A DNA stretch of 64,000 bases from Eubacteriales bacterium. Lineage in GTDB: Bacteria > Bacillota > Clostridia > Christensenellales > JAWKQI01. This document shows, one piece after another, positions 8,589 through 17,806 of this stretch. Position numbers and translations under genes: made by a program. The stretch lies in the NCBI GenBank assembly GCA_041390245.1, contig JAWKQI010000001.1, positions 369,388-433,387 on the forward strand, read 5' to 3'. Position 1 is the first letter of the stretch. Every line of letters begins with the position of its first letter. The notes below the pieces were generated by a model. It worked only from the letters and a program-made list of their open reading frames with translations, had not been told where the DNA came from and ran no database searches.

Positions 8589-9398
8589 GTGATGATTTTG
8601 GCGGCTACATATAAAGGCGCGATAACTTTCGGGCTGGTACATATTCCAATAAGCTTATATACAGCAACGCAGGACAACGAAATACACTTTAACCAGTTAT
8701 GCAAAGAAGACTTAAGCCGCGTTCGTTATAAAAAAGTCTGTGCTTCCTGCGGCAAGGAAATAACGTCTAAAGATATCGTCAAGGGCTTTGAATACGATAA
8801 AGACAAATACGTTATAGTGACAGACGAGGATTTTGAAAAAATAAAAACGGAAAAAGACAAGTCTATCAAGATACTGCATTTCACAGATGTAAGTTCCATC
8901 CGCCCCATATACTACGACAAGACCTATCATGCAATAGGCGAGGCCGGAGGAGAAAAGGCATTTGAGCTTTTGCGTCGAGCCATGCTTGAGGAAAACAAAG
9001 TGGGAATCGGCAAAACAGTTATGGGAAACAAAGAGACTCTGCTTTGTATAATCCCAACTGAAGAAGGAATACTTGTTGAAACTATGTTCTTTGCGGATGA
9101 GATAAAGGAAATACCAAAATCCATGCCTGATACCAATATAAGCGATGAGGAAGTGAAAATGGCTAAGGAGTTAATTAAGACGATAGATAAGCCGTTTGAA
9201 CCGGAAGTTTATAAAGACGAGTACCAATCCCGTTTAAGGGAACTCATTCAGGCTAAAATAGCCGGCAAGGAAATCTCTGTGCCTAAGCCTAAAAAACAAG
9301 ACAACGTCATAAACTTAATGGATGCCCTAAAGGCCAGCATAGAACAAAACAAAAGCCCTAAAAAAGCGGCCAAACCGAGAAAAACGGCTAACAGATGA
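8589..9398 (+). CDS. ku: Ku protein (non-homologous end joining)
   Basis: The N-terminus reads YKGAITFGLVHIPISLYTAT, and the C-terminus has a lysine-rich tail (KSPKKAAKPRKTANR). The true start could be GTG 8589, ATG 8592 or TTG 8598 (AAGAGG at 8584-8589). Confidence 0.9.
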   Translation: MMILAATYKGAITFGLVHIPISLYTATQDNEIHFNQLCKEDLSRVRYKKVCASCGKEITSKDIVKGFEYDKDKYVIVTDEDFEKIKTEKDKSIKILHFTDVSSIRPIYYDKTYHAIGEAGGEKAFELLRRAMLEENKVGIGKTVMGNKETLLCIIPTEEGILVETMFFADEIKEIPKSMPDTNISDEEVKMAKELIKTIDKPFEPEVYKDEYQSRLRELIQAKIAGKEISVPKPKKQDNVINLMDALKASIEQNKSPKKAAKPRKTANR

Positions 9399-10342
9399 TA
9401 GATTTTAACCTGGGAAGGCCGGTTAAGCCTATGCTTATCAGCATAAGCGCAGACCCGTTTAACGACCCGGATTACATTTACGAATTGAAATTAGACGGTG
9501 AACGCTGTGTAGCATACCTTAATCGAAATGACATCGAACTATACAATAAACGCGGCAACAAACTGCTTATAAAAGTCCCGGAGCTTGGAAATATTAACAG
9601 GCAGATAAAAAAACGCTGTATCCTAGACGGGGAACTTATCGTGACTATTGACGGGAAACCAAATTTTTATGAGATAGTAAGAAGGCTTATAACTTCAAAT
9701 AAACTAAGGATAGAGCTGCTATCAGGTAAATATCCCGCTTCATATGTTGTGTACGATATTTTATACATAGGAGATAAAGACATAACTGGCCGTTCGCTTC
9801 TTGAGCGCAAAGATATTTTAAATAAGAACCTGATTGAAAACGAAAAAATTGCATTGAGCAGGTTTTTACCTGAAAAAGGCATAGAGTTTTTCGATTTAGC
9901 AAATCAAAACGGCCTGGAAGGTATAGTTGCCAAAAAAGCCGACAGCATATACTACCCGGGTACCCGTACAAAAGAGTGGATCAAGATAAAAAACCTTTTA
10001 GACGATGATTTTATAATATGCGGGTATATATTAAAAGCAGACTATGTTGTAAGCCTTGTGATCGGACAGTTTAATACCAAAAAAGAGCTTTTATATAAAG
10101 GCCATGTGACCCTTGGCATATCAAAAGAAGATTTTTCAATTATAGCAAAACATGAAAAAATAGCAAAACCGTATTTTAAAACCTACCCTAAAGGCGGAAA
10201 AAACAGCGAAGCTGTATGGATTAAACCAACATTAGTCTGCACTGTTTCTTATATGGTTAAAACGCGCAGCTCTATCCGCCACCCGGTATATAAGGGCTTA
10301 AGGCTGGATAAAACCGCAGATGAATGTATAGATAAGGGGTGA
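9395..10342 (+). CDS. ligD: ATP-dependent DNA ligase, LigD ligase-domain-only type
   Basis: Adenylation motif I is ELKLDGERC. The gene encodes 315 aa, and its ATGA start overlaps the ku stop. The ORF contains no polymerase or phosphoesterase domain. Confidence 0.85.
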   Translation: MIDFNLGRPVKPMLISISADPFNDPDYIYELKLDGERCVAYLNRNDIELYNKRGNKLLIKVPELGNINRQIKKRCILDGELIVTIDGKPNFYEIVRRLITSNKLRIELLSGKYPASYVVYDILYIGDKDITGRSLLERKDILNKNLIENEKIALSRFLPEKGIEFFDLANQNGLEGIVAKKADSIYYPGTRTKEWIKIKNLLDDDFIICGYILKADYVVSLVIGQFNTKKELLYKGHVTLGISKEDFSIIAKHEKIAKPYFKTYPKGGKNSEAVWIKPTLVCTVSYMVKTRSSIRHPVYKGLRLDKTADECIDKG

Positions 10343-10425
10343 AAAGTAATTTTCCCCTATTTTATCCACAATTCCTGTGGACAAGGTGTGATTTTTCCCA
10401 ATAAAAAAAGGGCAGGTAATAAAAC

Positions 10426-10716
10426 CTACCCTAAAAGCGATGTCATAAAAAACGTTATAGCGGCACCTATCATACCGGTTACTATACATGACCAGACAAT
10501 ATTGATGCGGTACCGCCTGTCGTTTTCAATGACTCCTAACCTTGCGTCTACATTTTTAAACTGCTCGGCTAACTTCTCAACAGCTATAGCTAAATTATTC
10601 GTGCTTTTTGCAAGTTCGCGTATCTCTTTTTGCTGCTCGGTAAGAGTCTTTATTTTCTCTTCGTGTTTAGCTATTTCGGTTGAGTGCTGCATGATTATTT
10701 CCTCCGTATTATTCAT
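10426..10716 (-). CDS. XhlA-like phage lysis accessory protein (coiled coil plus C-terminal TM)
   Basis: 96 aa. A long heptad-like helix (EIAKHEEKIKTLTEQQKEIRELAKS...) is followed by a TM segment, IVWSCIVTGMIGAAITFFMTSLLG. The gene is adjacent to the holin and endolysin. Confidence 0.6.
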   Translation of the reverse strand: MNNTEEIIMQHSTEIAKHEEKIKTLTEQQKEIRELAKSTNNLAIAVEKLAEQFKNVDARLGVIENDRRYRINIVWSCIVTGMIGAAITFFMTSLLG

Positions 10717-10729
10717 ACATCAAGCCCCC

Positions 10730-10918
10730 CTAGAGGCTTTCGCTACTCGTCGGATTGTTAATGATACCAAAGCCCACCAGCACCGGACAAAGCACGTCTA
10801 AAAGGCCGTTCATAAAGTCTCCGATGTCTACGCCGGCAAACTGCTTAACGCAGAATACAACTAGTGCGGCGACTGATACCCATAGTGCCCAGGATTTAAA
10901 TCTGTTTTGCATATCCAT
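10730..10918 (-). CDS. Phage holin (phi LC3 / Phage_holin_1-like)
   Basis: 62 aa with two TM segments. RFKSWALWVSVAALVV...VGFGIINNPTSS matches the RFKN..FW...GI.NDPT pattern of this holin family. It lies next to the endolysin. Confidence 0.65.
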   Translation of the reverse strand: MDMQNRFKSWALWVSVAALVVFCVKQFAGVDIGDFMNGLLDVLCPVLVGFGIINNPTSSESL

Positions 10919-10962
10919 ATCCTCCTACAATTAATAATATTTTATTTAATGCATTTTTGTGT

Positions 10963-11979
10963 TTAACTTAAAAAACGGCCCCCTAAAGCCGTTACCGTAT
11001 TTTTTCCCGCTATGCCGTCTGCCGTAAGCCCGGCAGACTTTTGAAATGTTTTTACTGCTACCTTTGTCTTTTTACCGAATATCCCGTCTAGCGTTAAACC
11101 AGCTCCATTTTTGTTCAACTTGTTCTGCAGCCATTTAACGTCTTCACCTTTAAGCATCGGGCTTGATAGCTTTAACAGCCGTGAGATAATAAACTCTTCT
11201 TTAACTACTGAACTGTTAATTAATGAGGCAATAGTCTTGGCGCCTACTATGCCGTCTACTGTAAGCCCGGCGGAACTTTGAAATGCTTTAACCGCACTTT
11301 TGGTAATATCGCCAAATACCCCATCTACAGTGCCATTAAAAAACGAAAGTTCATAAAGTCGTTTTTGAACTAAAGCCACGTTTGCACCACGGCGGACATA
11401 TCTACCGCTTACATAAGTATCCCTGCACGGCGCTAAGACCGGCTCGAATCCATTTTCTATAGCGTATTTGACTCTGTCGTATTTTTTTAGATCCTTAAGC
11501 TCCATTAAAACAACGTGCCAGTCTTCATTGTCCACGTTTTTTATAAGCCCATATGGTTCCAGCTTTGAATTGCCAAGGCTTATGGCCCATGAACTGCCTA
11601 AATCTACAGCTGCACCGCTGTTGTGGTTGGAAGTCCCCGGCGCTGCACAGACGGAAAAGTTGCCGCTTACCCAGCCTTTTAGGTTACTGACCAAATCATT
11701 CCCTATTTTGCACTTTGAAGGGCTCCATACTCCTAAGTTTCTTTCAATTAACATCTCCTGGTAAGAAGAAGGCCTGAACCCCATGCTTATAGCTATTTTT
11801 TTGCCGTAATCCTTTGCCAGTGCACCAAGACGTTTAATTATACGCTCATCTAAACAATCTATATTTTTTTGCTTAGCTTCCTCGGATGAACATTGATAAA
11901 GCGTCTTCCATTTACTGTTTGCGCTGCTAAAATCAAGATAAGCAAGCGCTTCTTCCTTAGAAATTTCTTTATAGGCCAT
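10963..11979 (-). CDS. Endolysin: peptidase M15 (VanY / D-Ala-D-Ala carboxypeptidase-like) plus two PG_binding_1 repeats
   Basis: Zn-ligand pattern SNHNSGAAVDL ... EDWH. Two C-terminal repeats of the type VKAFQSSAGLTVDGIVGAKT and VKTFQKSAGLTADGIAGKNT. Confidence 0.85.
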   Translation of the reverse strand: MAYKEISKEEALAYLDFSSANSKWKTLYQCSSEEAKQKNIDCLDERIIKRLGALAKDYGKKIAISMGFRPSSYQEMLIERNLGVWSPSKCKIGNDLVSNLKGWVSGNFSVCAAPGTSNHNSGAAVDLGSSWAISLGNSKLEPYGLIKNVDNEDWHVVLMELKDLKKYDRVKYAIENGFEPVLAPCRDTYVSGRYVRRGANVALVQKRLYELSFFNGTVDGVFGDITKSAVKAFQSSAGLTVDGIVGAKTIASLINSSVVKEEFIISRLLKLSSPMLKGEDVKWLQNKLNKNGAGLTLDGIFGKKTKVAVKTFQKSAGLTADGIAGKNTVTALGGRFLS

Positions 11980-12005
11980 TTAAATTGCCCCTTTCCTTAA
12001 GTTTA

Positions 12006-12656
12006 CTAGTAGATACCTCTCCAAACTCCGTCTATCAAAACTTTCTTTGAAGATACGCTCCTCCATGTTCCGTTTATCAGTACCTGAGTTAAAACCACGT
12101 CCCGGTAGCTCCCGCTTATAGCAACGCGCTCTAAAATAGGCGTATATGAAACAGTAAGTTTCGGCTGCAGGCTGCTTGAAGAATAAGTATCAGAACGGAA
12201 GTACTTTGCAGTAGAATTTGAGCTGCTAACTGCCGCTATCCTAAAACCGTAATTACTGAGCGAAACCGCACTTTTAACTGCATTTGTAACGTCAAAGCTT
12301 ATAGAGCGTGTCGCTATACCGGATATAGTAATAGCTGAATCCTGAGCGCTAAATACGCTTGGCTGGTTGTTCCACGTAATACTGTTAGCATTCCAAGACG
12401 ATGCAGCACGCCTGACGTCTACATTAACAGAGGCCGACCAGTCATTTGAATCATCATACTGGTTAATAGTTAAAGTAGCAGACGATATTATTGCGTTGCT
12501 GTTTATTTCACTTAGATCGAAGTAGACGAAATATCTTCCCTCAAGCCCTCCGCTTGATTTACCAACGTTAAAATAAGTCGCCCTGCCATTTGAAGAGCCG
12601 CTTATAGCTTGTGTAACACGGCTGCCATAAGATGCTGTTTTTGAATAAGTTGCCAT
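12006..12656 (-). CDS. DNRLRE-domain phage structural (tail-associated) protein
   Basis: RYFVYFDLSEINSNAIISSATLTI...SWNANSITWNNQPSV fits the DNRLRE-domain pattern (FDLS..., TWNNQP). Confidence 0.55.
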   Translation of the reverse strand: MATYSKTASYGSRVTQAISGSSNGRATYFNVGKSSGGLEGRYFVYFDLSEINSNAIISSATLTINQYDDSNDWSASVNVDVRRAASSWNANSITWNNQPSVFSAQDSAITISGIATRSISFDVTNAVKSAVSLSNYGFRIAAVSSSNSTAKYFRSDTYSSSSLQPKLTVSYTPILERVAISGSYRDVVLTQVLINGTWRSVSSKKVLIDGVWRGIY

Positions 12657-12670
12657 ACCTAACCCCCTCT

Positions 12671-13369
12671 TTAACGGGAAGAAACGATAGCATTGACAGC
12701 GTCTAAAACACCCTGCCGTGCCATGTCATTTAAATTAACGTTGGAAACGCTTGTATTACCCGAAGAAGTTTTTTTTGATGACGATGAAGAACTGCCCGCG
12801 GATGCCGAAGTAATTTTTAACCCAGTCATCTCTTCGAACTGCTTTTTAGTTATGTATTTTTTATTAAGAAGCGTAAGTGCAATGCTATATATCCGTTCCT
12901 TTGCTTTTTTAAGCTCATCTGCCATGTCCTCGCTTGCCTCCTGCTCATATTCGGCATTCTTAGCCGCAGTGGCCGCATCTATTTCCTTTATTTCTTTCTC
13001 TTTTTCAGCCTGCTCTTCTGATTTCTTAAGATTGATACTTTGAATAGAATTAATTAGCTCAGTATCCAGCCTGTTTTTAAGTGTCTGAGATGTTCCACCG
13101 GCGGCAGACAGACCCATATTGGCCAAATTCTCGGCATTTTGCCTATTAGTTTTAGCAGCGGTTAAATATGCTTCGTTTGATAGAGGCTGATACTTTTTAG
13201 AAAGAGCATTTATCTCATCTTGGATGCTTTGTTTTTCAGCCTCCGCCTCCGCCGTGTTTTTAGCCTTATTAGTCTCAACAGCAGTTAAATAGCGCTTCTT
13301 TATCTCCTCTTCAGATGGAAGTGTACTAGCAGTCATGCTGGACATATAGTCGCTATAATCTATAGCCAT
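12671..13369 (-). CDS. Phage coiled-coil protein of unknown function (possible needle or fibre-assembly protein)
   Basis: 232 aa, A/E/K-rich predicted coiled coils, poly-Ser linker (SASAGSSSSSSKKTSSG). It is placed between the fibre gene and the DNRLRE gene. Confidence 0.35.
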   Translation of the reverse strand: MAIDYSDYMSSMTASTLPSEEEIKKRYLTAVETNKAKNTAEAEAEKQSIQDEINALSKKYQPLSNEAYLTAAKTNRQNAENLANMGLSAAGGTSQTLKNRLDTELINSIQSINLKKSEEQAEKEKEIKEIDAATAAKNAEYEQEASEDMADELKKAKERIYSIALTLLNKKYITKKQFEEMTGLKITSASAGSSSSSSKKTSSGNTSVSNVNLNDMARQGVLDAVNAIVSSR

Positions 13370-13386
13370 ATTGGTTCCCTCCTTAA

Positions 13387-14172
13387 TTAAACGTACTGCT
13401 TATATTCGGTATAAGGTATGACCGAACTTGCGCTTGGCGGTGTAGACGAAGTGCCAAAAAGCGAAAGTGTTACGCAGTAGATATTTGAATCTCCGCTTCT
13501 TGAAAATATAAGCGTTCCGTTTGAATTTACCGTTAAAGTTCCTTTATAAGTGGCACTAGGCGCAAACTTAAGTGCACCGTCGTTCAGCTGTATGTTTGTT
13601 GCCGTGCCCGAAGTTATAGATATATTTGAAGCCACGCCGTTTGTACTCGCAACAGCATATGCTGTCACCGCGCTTGGCTGAAGTTTTGCCGCAGTTATAG
13701 AGTTATCTTCTATCTTATACGCATTTACGGCAGCGTCTGCCAGTTTATCCGATGTAACTGCTTGTGAGTCTAGCTTTTCCGTAGTCACAGACCCATCCTG
13801 AAGTGTTGCTGTAATGGCGTCTGGGTCTAATTTCTCGGCAGTGACAGCACCGGTAGCTATTTTATCTGTCGTTATAGACAGGTCCGGAACAGACCCTAAA
13901 GCAACTCCGTCAAGCTGGCTTTTTAAATCGCACAATTGTTCATAGACCGTGTCCCCATCAACACCGGATATGGGGATAGAGCCTATCTCCCCTGCTCCGT
14001 TTCTGCCACTTACATTGCCCTCGAGTACCGTTAAGGTATTGTTTACAAAATCCTTTACCTGGTTAAACAGCGTCTGAAATTGGTTTCTTGCCGCTGTTTC
14101 GTCCTCCGGATAAGTAGGAAATGCAGTTTTATCCAAAAGGCCGTTTGCAGGAGTATAATTTAATCTGTCCAT
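13387..14172 (-). CDS. Phage tail fibre protein with short tandem peptide repeats
   Basis: There are eight consecutive 9-10-aa units of the form [AS][VI]TxxK[LI]: SITTDKI, GAVTAEKL, DAITATLQ, GSVTTEKL, QAVTSDKL, AAVNAYKI, NSITAAKL, SAVTAY. This is a repeat type common in Firmicute phage fibres. Confidence 0.55.
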   Translation of the reverse strand: MDRLNYTPANGLLDKTAFPTYPEDETAARNQFQTLFNQVKDFVNNTLTVLEGNVSGRNGAGEIGSIPISGVDGDTVYEQLCDLKSQLDGVALGSVPDLSITTDKIATGAVTAEKLDPDAITATLQDGSVTTEKLDSQAVTSDKLADAAVNAYKIEDNSITAAKLQPSAVTAYAVASTNGVASNISITSGTATNIQLNDGALKFAPSATYKGTLTVNSNGTLIFSRSGDSNIYCVTLSLFGTSSTPPSASSVIPYTEYKQYV

Positions 14173-14178
14173 ACTTTT

Positions 14179-16002
14179 TTACCTCCGTATGGTTTTATTT
14201 ACGTAATATTTGATTATGATGTCTGAAACGCCGATATCGCGGTAGAGCTTATCGTTTGTTATGTCAAGCTGTAAATATATAACTTTTTTAAGGTTGCTCT
14301 TGATTTCTATGGGCTTTGCAAAACGAAACACGTTAAACGTAAAGTCTGCCCAGTTATTTTCGCCCCACGAAAATGCCTTTGATTCTATTTCGGTATTAAA
14401 TACAGTGTTTTTCGTTTCGTCTATAATAGACAGCTCTATATTTGAGTTAGTGTCCGTCCTGATAGAAGGATAAATCCTATATATAGTCTTTAAATAATTG
14501 CTCTTGCCAAAGTCAAACGCCTTGCTTTTCCACCGTTTGGCAATAGGCTCACCAAAATCACTTTTTCTTTCGATAAAGCCGGTTACAGTGCTGTCATTCA
14601 CACAGTAAAGGCTCTGTGACATAAAAAAAGGCTTTGCAACAATATTGTCAAACCTATACCATGTAAGGCGCCGCTGCGCTTTTTCATAGTCACTATAATT
14701 ATAATATGGGGATATATCGTAGTCCCATAAAAACACCTGCCCCCCTACATTCAGCCAATATTTCCTTTCAAAATCTATAGACGTAGCTGCTCTTAAATCG
14801 TCCTTATCCATATTGAGCAGTCCGAAAGATGCGCCGCCGTTTATGTTTCCCGAAATCGGCTTTATGGCATTTTCGCTAAGCCCGTCCGTTGAAATAAGTG
14901 CATACCCGCCGCTTTCACTATTAAAAAAAATAAGCCTGTTGTCGATAAGCTGAACGCTTAAAGGCATGTCGCAGCCTATACTTGAATTTATCTCGTTTAT
15001 AGGGTAGTAAACATCTTCTCCGTCGAACTCATATCCTATGGAAAAAATAGACCTTTCCTTGAAGATAATAAGCGCCCCGCCCTGTTTTGCCGCGCCTGTA
15101 ATCGCTTCAGAATTTTGGTCTAGTGTTTCAACAGAAGTATCCGGAAAGTAGGTTATCCCCGGCCCCTGGTTTGCGCCAAGTCCGCTCCGCCAAATGGTAT
15201 ACGGGTATTCCTCATTTTTCATGGCAAATATACGAGTCCCACCGCCTAGGCTTTGTGATTCTCCACCGAATGCTATAAATGTCTTGCAGTTTAAAATCTT
15301 CTCCTTATCACTGCTTACCGTCTTATATGCTACTATCTCTACGTTGTTTGTTCCGATAGATGGCGCGGACGTAAAAGTTACTGTACCGTTTTGTGCACTG
15401 AATGTAAATGCAGTTACTATCTCACCATCTACTAAGATTTCAGGAGTAGTAGCGTCCAGTTCTCCCATCGGTAGCTTATATACTGTAGAGGCCGCATCGC
15501 CGTTATAAGTAACTTTAAAGCCTCCTCCTATAAGATTATAGGCGTCAAGAGCATCGGAAGTTGAAAAATCCGGCGCAACGTTGATATAAACGGTCGGTAT
15601 ATAAGGAATAATAGCTGAAACGCTGAATGAAGAATCTATCTTATAGATGTTTTCATCGTTTATAAAGTATAAAAACCCACCGTATAAAAGAAAAGTGCCG
15701 GCATTTGATGAAACTTGCGCTATTTCGGATATGGTATCATTTTCTTCATCCCACTTATATAAACTTCCCGGAAGGTTGAATACAAAAGAGTCTTTAAACA
15801 TAGGAGACACTGCCAAAATCTCTGCTCCGAAATTTCTTATTAAAGCTTGGCCCCATCTGGAAGACAAAATTCTATCTTTAAACCAAACGTTTAGCATATC
15901 CGGGGATTGGTTATCCTCTATTTTAAACGGCTGTTCCCTTAAATTTATTCCGCCGTTTAGCTGCGGGAGGCTGAATTCATAGTAACTTGTATTCGTTATC
16001 AT
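14179..16002 (-). CDS. Large phage structural protein (candidate tail hub, nozzle or receptor-binding protein)
   Basis: 607 aa. It is the largest ORF between the head genes and the fibre, and is rich in predicted beta strands. No motif was recognised by eye. Confidence 0.35.
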   Translation of the reverse strand: MITNTSYYEFSLPQLNGGINLREQPFKIEDNQSPDMLNVWFKDRILSSRWGQALIRNFGAEILAVSPMFKDSFVFNLPGSLYKWDEENDTISEIAQVSSNAGTFLLYGGFLYFINDENIYKIDSSFSVSAIIPYIPTVYINVAPDFSTSDALDAYNLIGGGFKVTYNGDAASTVYKLPMGELDATTPEILVDGEIVTAFTFSAQNGTVTFTSAPSIGTNNVEIVAYKTVSSDKEKILNCKTFIAFGGESQSLGGGTRIFAMKNEEYPYTIWRSGLGANQGPGITYFPDTSVETLDQNSEAITGAAKQGGALIIFKERSIFSIGYEFDGEDVYYPINEINSSIGCDMPLSVQLIDNRLIFFNSESGGYALISTDGLSENAIKPISGNINGGASFGLLNMDKDDLRAATSIDFERKYWLNVGGQVFLWDYDISPYYNYSDYEKAQRRLTWYRFDNIVAKPFFMSQSLYCVNDSTVTGFIERKSDFGEPIAKRWKSKAFDFGKSNYLKTIYRIYPSIRTDTNSNIELSIIDETKNTVFNTEIESKAFSWGENNWADFTFNVFRFAKPIEIKSNLKKVIYLQLDITNDKLYRDIGVSDIIIKYYVNKTIRR

Positions 16003-16019
16003 ACATGCTCTCCTTTAAA

Positions 16020-16415
16020 TCATTTAAGGGCCCCTACTATAGCATAGTGAGCTCCCATATACAGTGAATCGGCATAAGTATGGCGCATCATTATCGTGGT
16101 CGACGTCGCGTCACTTAATTTAACGAACGCTTCTATCATGATATGAACGTAAGTATTGCAAACAGGCGCCGTCAGGATGGCTATAGGAGCATTTTCAAAG
16201 AGTGACATATGCGATATAGTAGTGGCGACATATCCGCCATAAGGAACGTCTGTACTTGGTATCCTGCCAAATATTATGCCAAGTTCGTCTCCCAGCTTTA
16301 AAACGGCCTGATTACTCGGATAAGTTACAGTAAATATATCACTTAATGAAAATATACTTTCCTTTTTAATCTCCTTGATACGTCTGGAAAGCCTTAAAAG
16401 TTCAGTATCACTCAT
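16020..16415 (-). CDS. Phage hypothetical protein (position of a head-tail connector)
   Basis: 131 aa. Its start overlaps the upstream stop (ATGA at 16412-16415). Confidence 0.35.
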   Translation of the reverse strand: MSDTELLRLSRRIKEIKKESIFSLSDIFTVTYPSNQAVLKLGDELGIIFGRIPSTDVPYGGYVATTISHMSLFENAPIAILTAPVCNTYVHIMIEAFVKLSDATSTTIMMRHTYADSLYMGAHYAIVGALK

Positions 16416-16795
16416 AACCTTCTCCCCGCATTTCCATTTAATCCAAATACGCTTATTTCAATGGGCTCTGGGGCCATGGCAAGTTCGTTTAAAGCACGCC
16501 TGAATTCTGAATAAAACTCGTTATACAGTGCTCCGTCTTTGTCTGATAGCGAAAACTGAGCAGCCAGCCCATATGTAAGCGCTCTGGTTGCGCTTGAATT
16601 GTCTATTTCTATTTCGTCTACTAAAGAATCTATTTTAATTGAGTCTATTAAAAGTGCGCTGGTTATTTCAAGTAACAGCAAATTGATTATTGAAACCGCT
16701 TTTTTAGAATAAGACGGGCTGTTAATAATGTCGCCGTTCTCGTCGACTTCGTCCAGTAAAGCAAGAGCCGCTATATAGATTTGGTTGGCTATCAT
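16412..16795 (-). CDS. Phage hypothetical protein (position of a head-tail adaptor)
   Basis: 127 aa, with a GAGAGGAGAAAAGGG RBS region. It is the first gene after the capsid-gene terminator. Confidence 0.35.
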   Translation of the reverse strand: MIANQIYIAALALLDEVDENGDIINSPSYSKKAVSIINLLLLEITSALLIDSIKIDSLVDEIEIDNSSATRALTYGLAAQFSLSDKDGALYNEFYSEFRRALNELAMAPEPIEISVFGLNGNAGRRL

Positions 16796-16814
16796 CCCTT
16801 TTCTCCTCTCTCAT

Positions 16815-16866
16815 TAAAAAAAGCAAAAGAAGGGAGAAGTTTTTTCTTCTCCCGCTTTGCTTTTTT
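16815..16866 (-). terminator. Strong stem-loop immediately after the capsid gene
   Basis: GGGAGAAG-tttttt-CTTCTCCC (16832-16853) is nested in AAAGCAAAAG/GCTTTGCTTT arms, with a T-run on the minus strand. Confidence 0.7.
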
Positions 16867-16868
16867 TA

Positions 16869-17762
16869 TTATTCTGGTTCATCTGCAAGAGTCAAATCAA
16901 GATGCACTATATCGCTAGGACGAAGGATGGTAGCCCCATATAAGCTAAATCCCCTTATTACCGTGCCGAAGTCGTCCGGGTCACGGAACTGCTCTATTGA
17001 TTTAGGCGGTATCTGCTCTGCAAAAGCTATCGCTTGCTTAGTCATGGCAAGGCAGTGGTAATGGTCCACAGTATCCTCGCCAACAGTCTCCTGTGTCACC
17101 TTTATGGCGTTTGAAACATAGACCTTAAAAGGAAGCACACTGCCGACGTTCCCGTTGTCAACAACGCTTTCATTAGGCCGCCCGTAGATTATTTTTGCTA
17201 ACTGCAGCTTAGAATAGACTTTGGGATGAACAACTAAAGAAAGCTCCATATTAGAAGCGACATTGCCCTCACGTAGTTTTTCTTCCGCCAGTGTTATAGT
17301 TGAGTATGCGTTTGCAGAATTAAAAGCACTTTCGCTTACAGTCTGCACATAAATGGGATCTTCTTCTTCATCTATGCCTACCTGTGCATTGTAAAGCCCT
17401 GCTAAATAATCGTCTATCGTTGCAGCCATAGCGCGGCGCGCTTCTATCAACTGTGCACCTAAAATATCGCCTGCTGCCTGTGTCTGGTCGATATCGCCGA
17501 CTTTGAAATCAAAGTATTTAGCCTGATCTATGTCCAAAGTTTTAACCCAATCGCTTAAAGTCTCCCTTGTCGGCGGAGTGCCTTCTTCGTAGCTACGGAT
17601 TGTAGGGCGGCCGATGCCTGCTATATGAAGGGTATCGCCCATCTTCTTAATTTCGCCAAGATACGGCCCTGTATAACATAAGTTCCTTAAGATGCATTCC
17701 CTGTCACGCTCTGTCAAAAGTATTTTAGACCATACTTCTGGCCTGAAGTTTGAATAACTCAT
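16869..17762 (-). CDS. Major capsid protein (P22 coat-protein-like family)
   Basis: 297 aa. The N-terminus NFRPEVWSKILLTERDRECILRNLCYTGPYLGEIKKMGDTLHI follows the P22-coat family pattern (F.PE.WS..L...L......N.DY.GEI...GDTV.I). It lies directly after the scaffold gene. Confidence 0.65.
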   Translation of the reverse strand: MSYSNFRPEVWSKILLTERDRECILRNLCYTGPYLGEIKKMGDTLHIAGIGRPTIRSYEEGTPPTRETLSDWVKTLDIDQAKYFDFKVGDIDQTQAAGDILGAQLIEARRAMAATIDDYLAGLYNAQVGIDEEEDPIYVQTVSESAFNSANAYSTITLAEEKLREGNVASNMELSLVVHPKVYSKLQLAKIIYGRPNESVVDNGNVGSVLPFKVYVSNAIKVTQETVGEDTVDHYHCLAMTKQAIAFAEQIPPKSIEQFRDPDDFGTVIRGFSLYGATILRPSDIVHLDLTLADEPE

Positions 17763-17806
17763 AAATTCCTCTCCTCTTTAAAGTTTATTTTCTTTTAAGT
17801 TAAGCC

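Noticed and set aside
8589-10342. The idea that ku and ligD are cargo of the phage-derived element, since some phages encode Ku.
   Set aside because: The pair is on the opposite strand and convergent with the lysis genes, with hairpins in between. A ku-lig operon is a normal chromosomal feature of spore-forming Firmicutes. No positive evidence links it to the element.
10345-10368. An imperfect similarity between AGTAATTTTCCCCTATTTTATCC (10345-10368, left of the phage cluster) and AGTAATTCCCCTGCTTATTTAAG (24194-24216, right side), considered as a possible attL/attR pair.
   Set aside because: The match needs indels and shares only about 15 of 23 positions in AT-rich DNA. The right copy lies inside the region of small phage ORFs. 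No integrase is present. The evidence is too weak to call att sites without a statistical repeat search.
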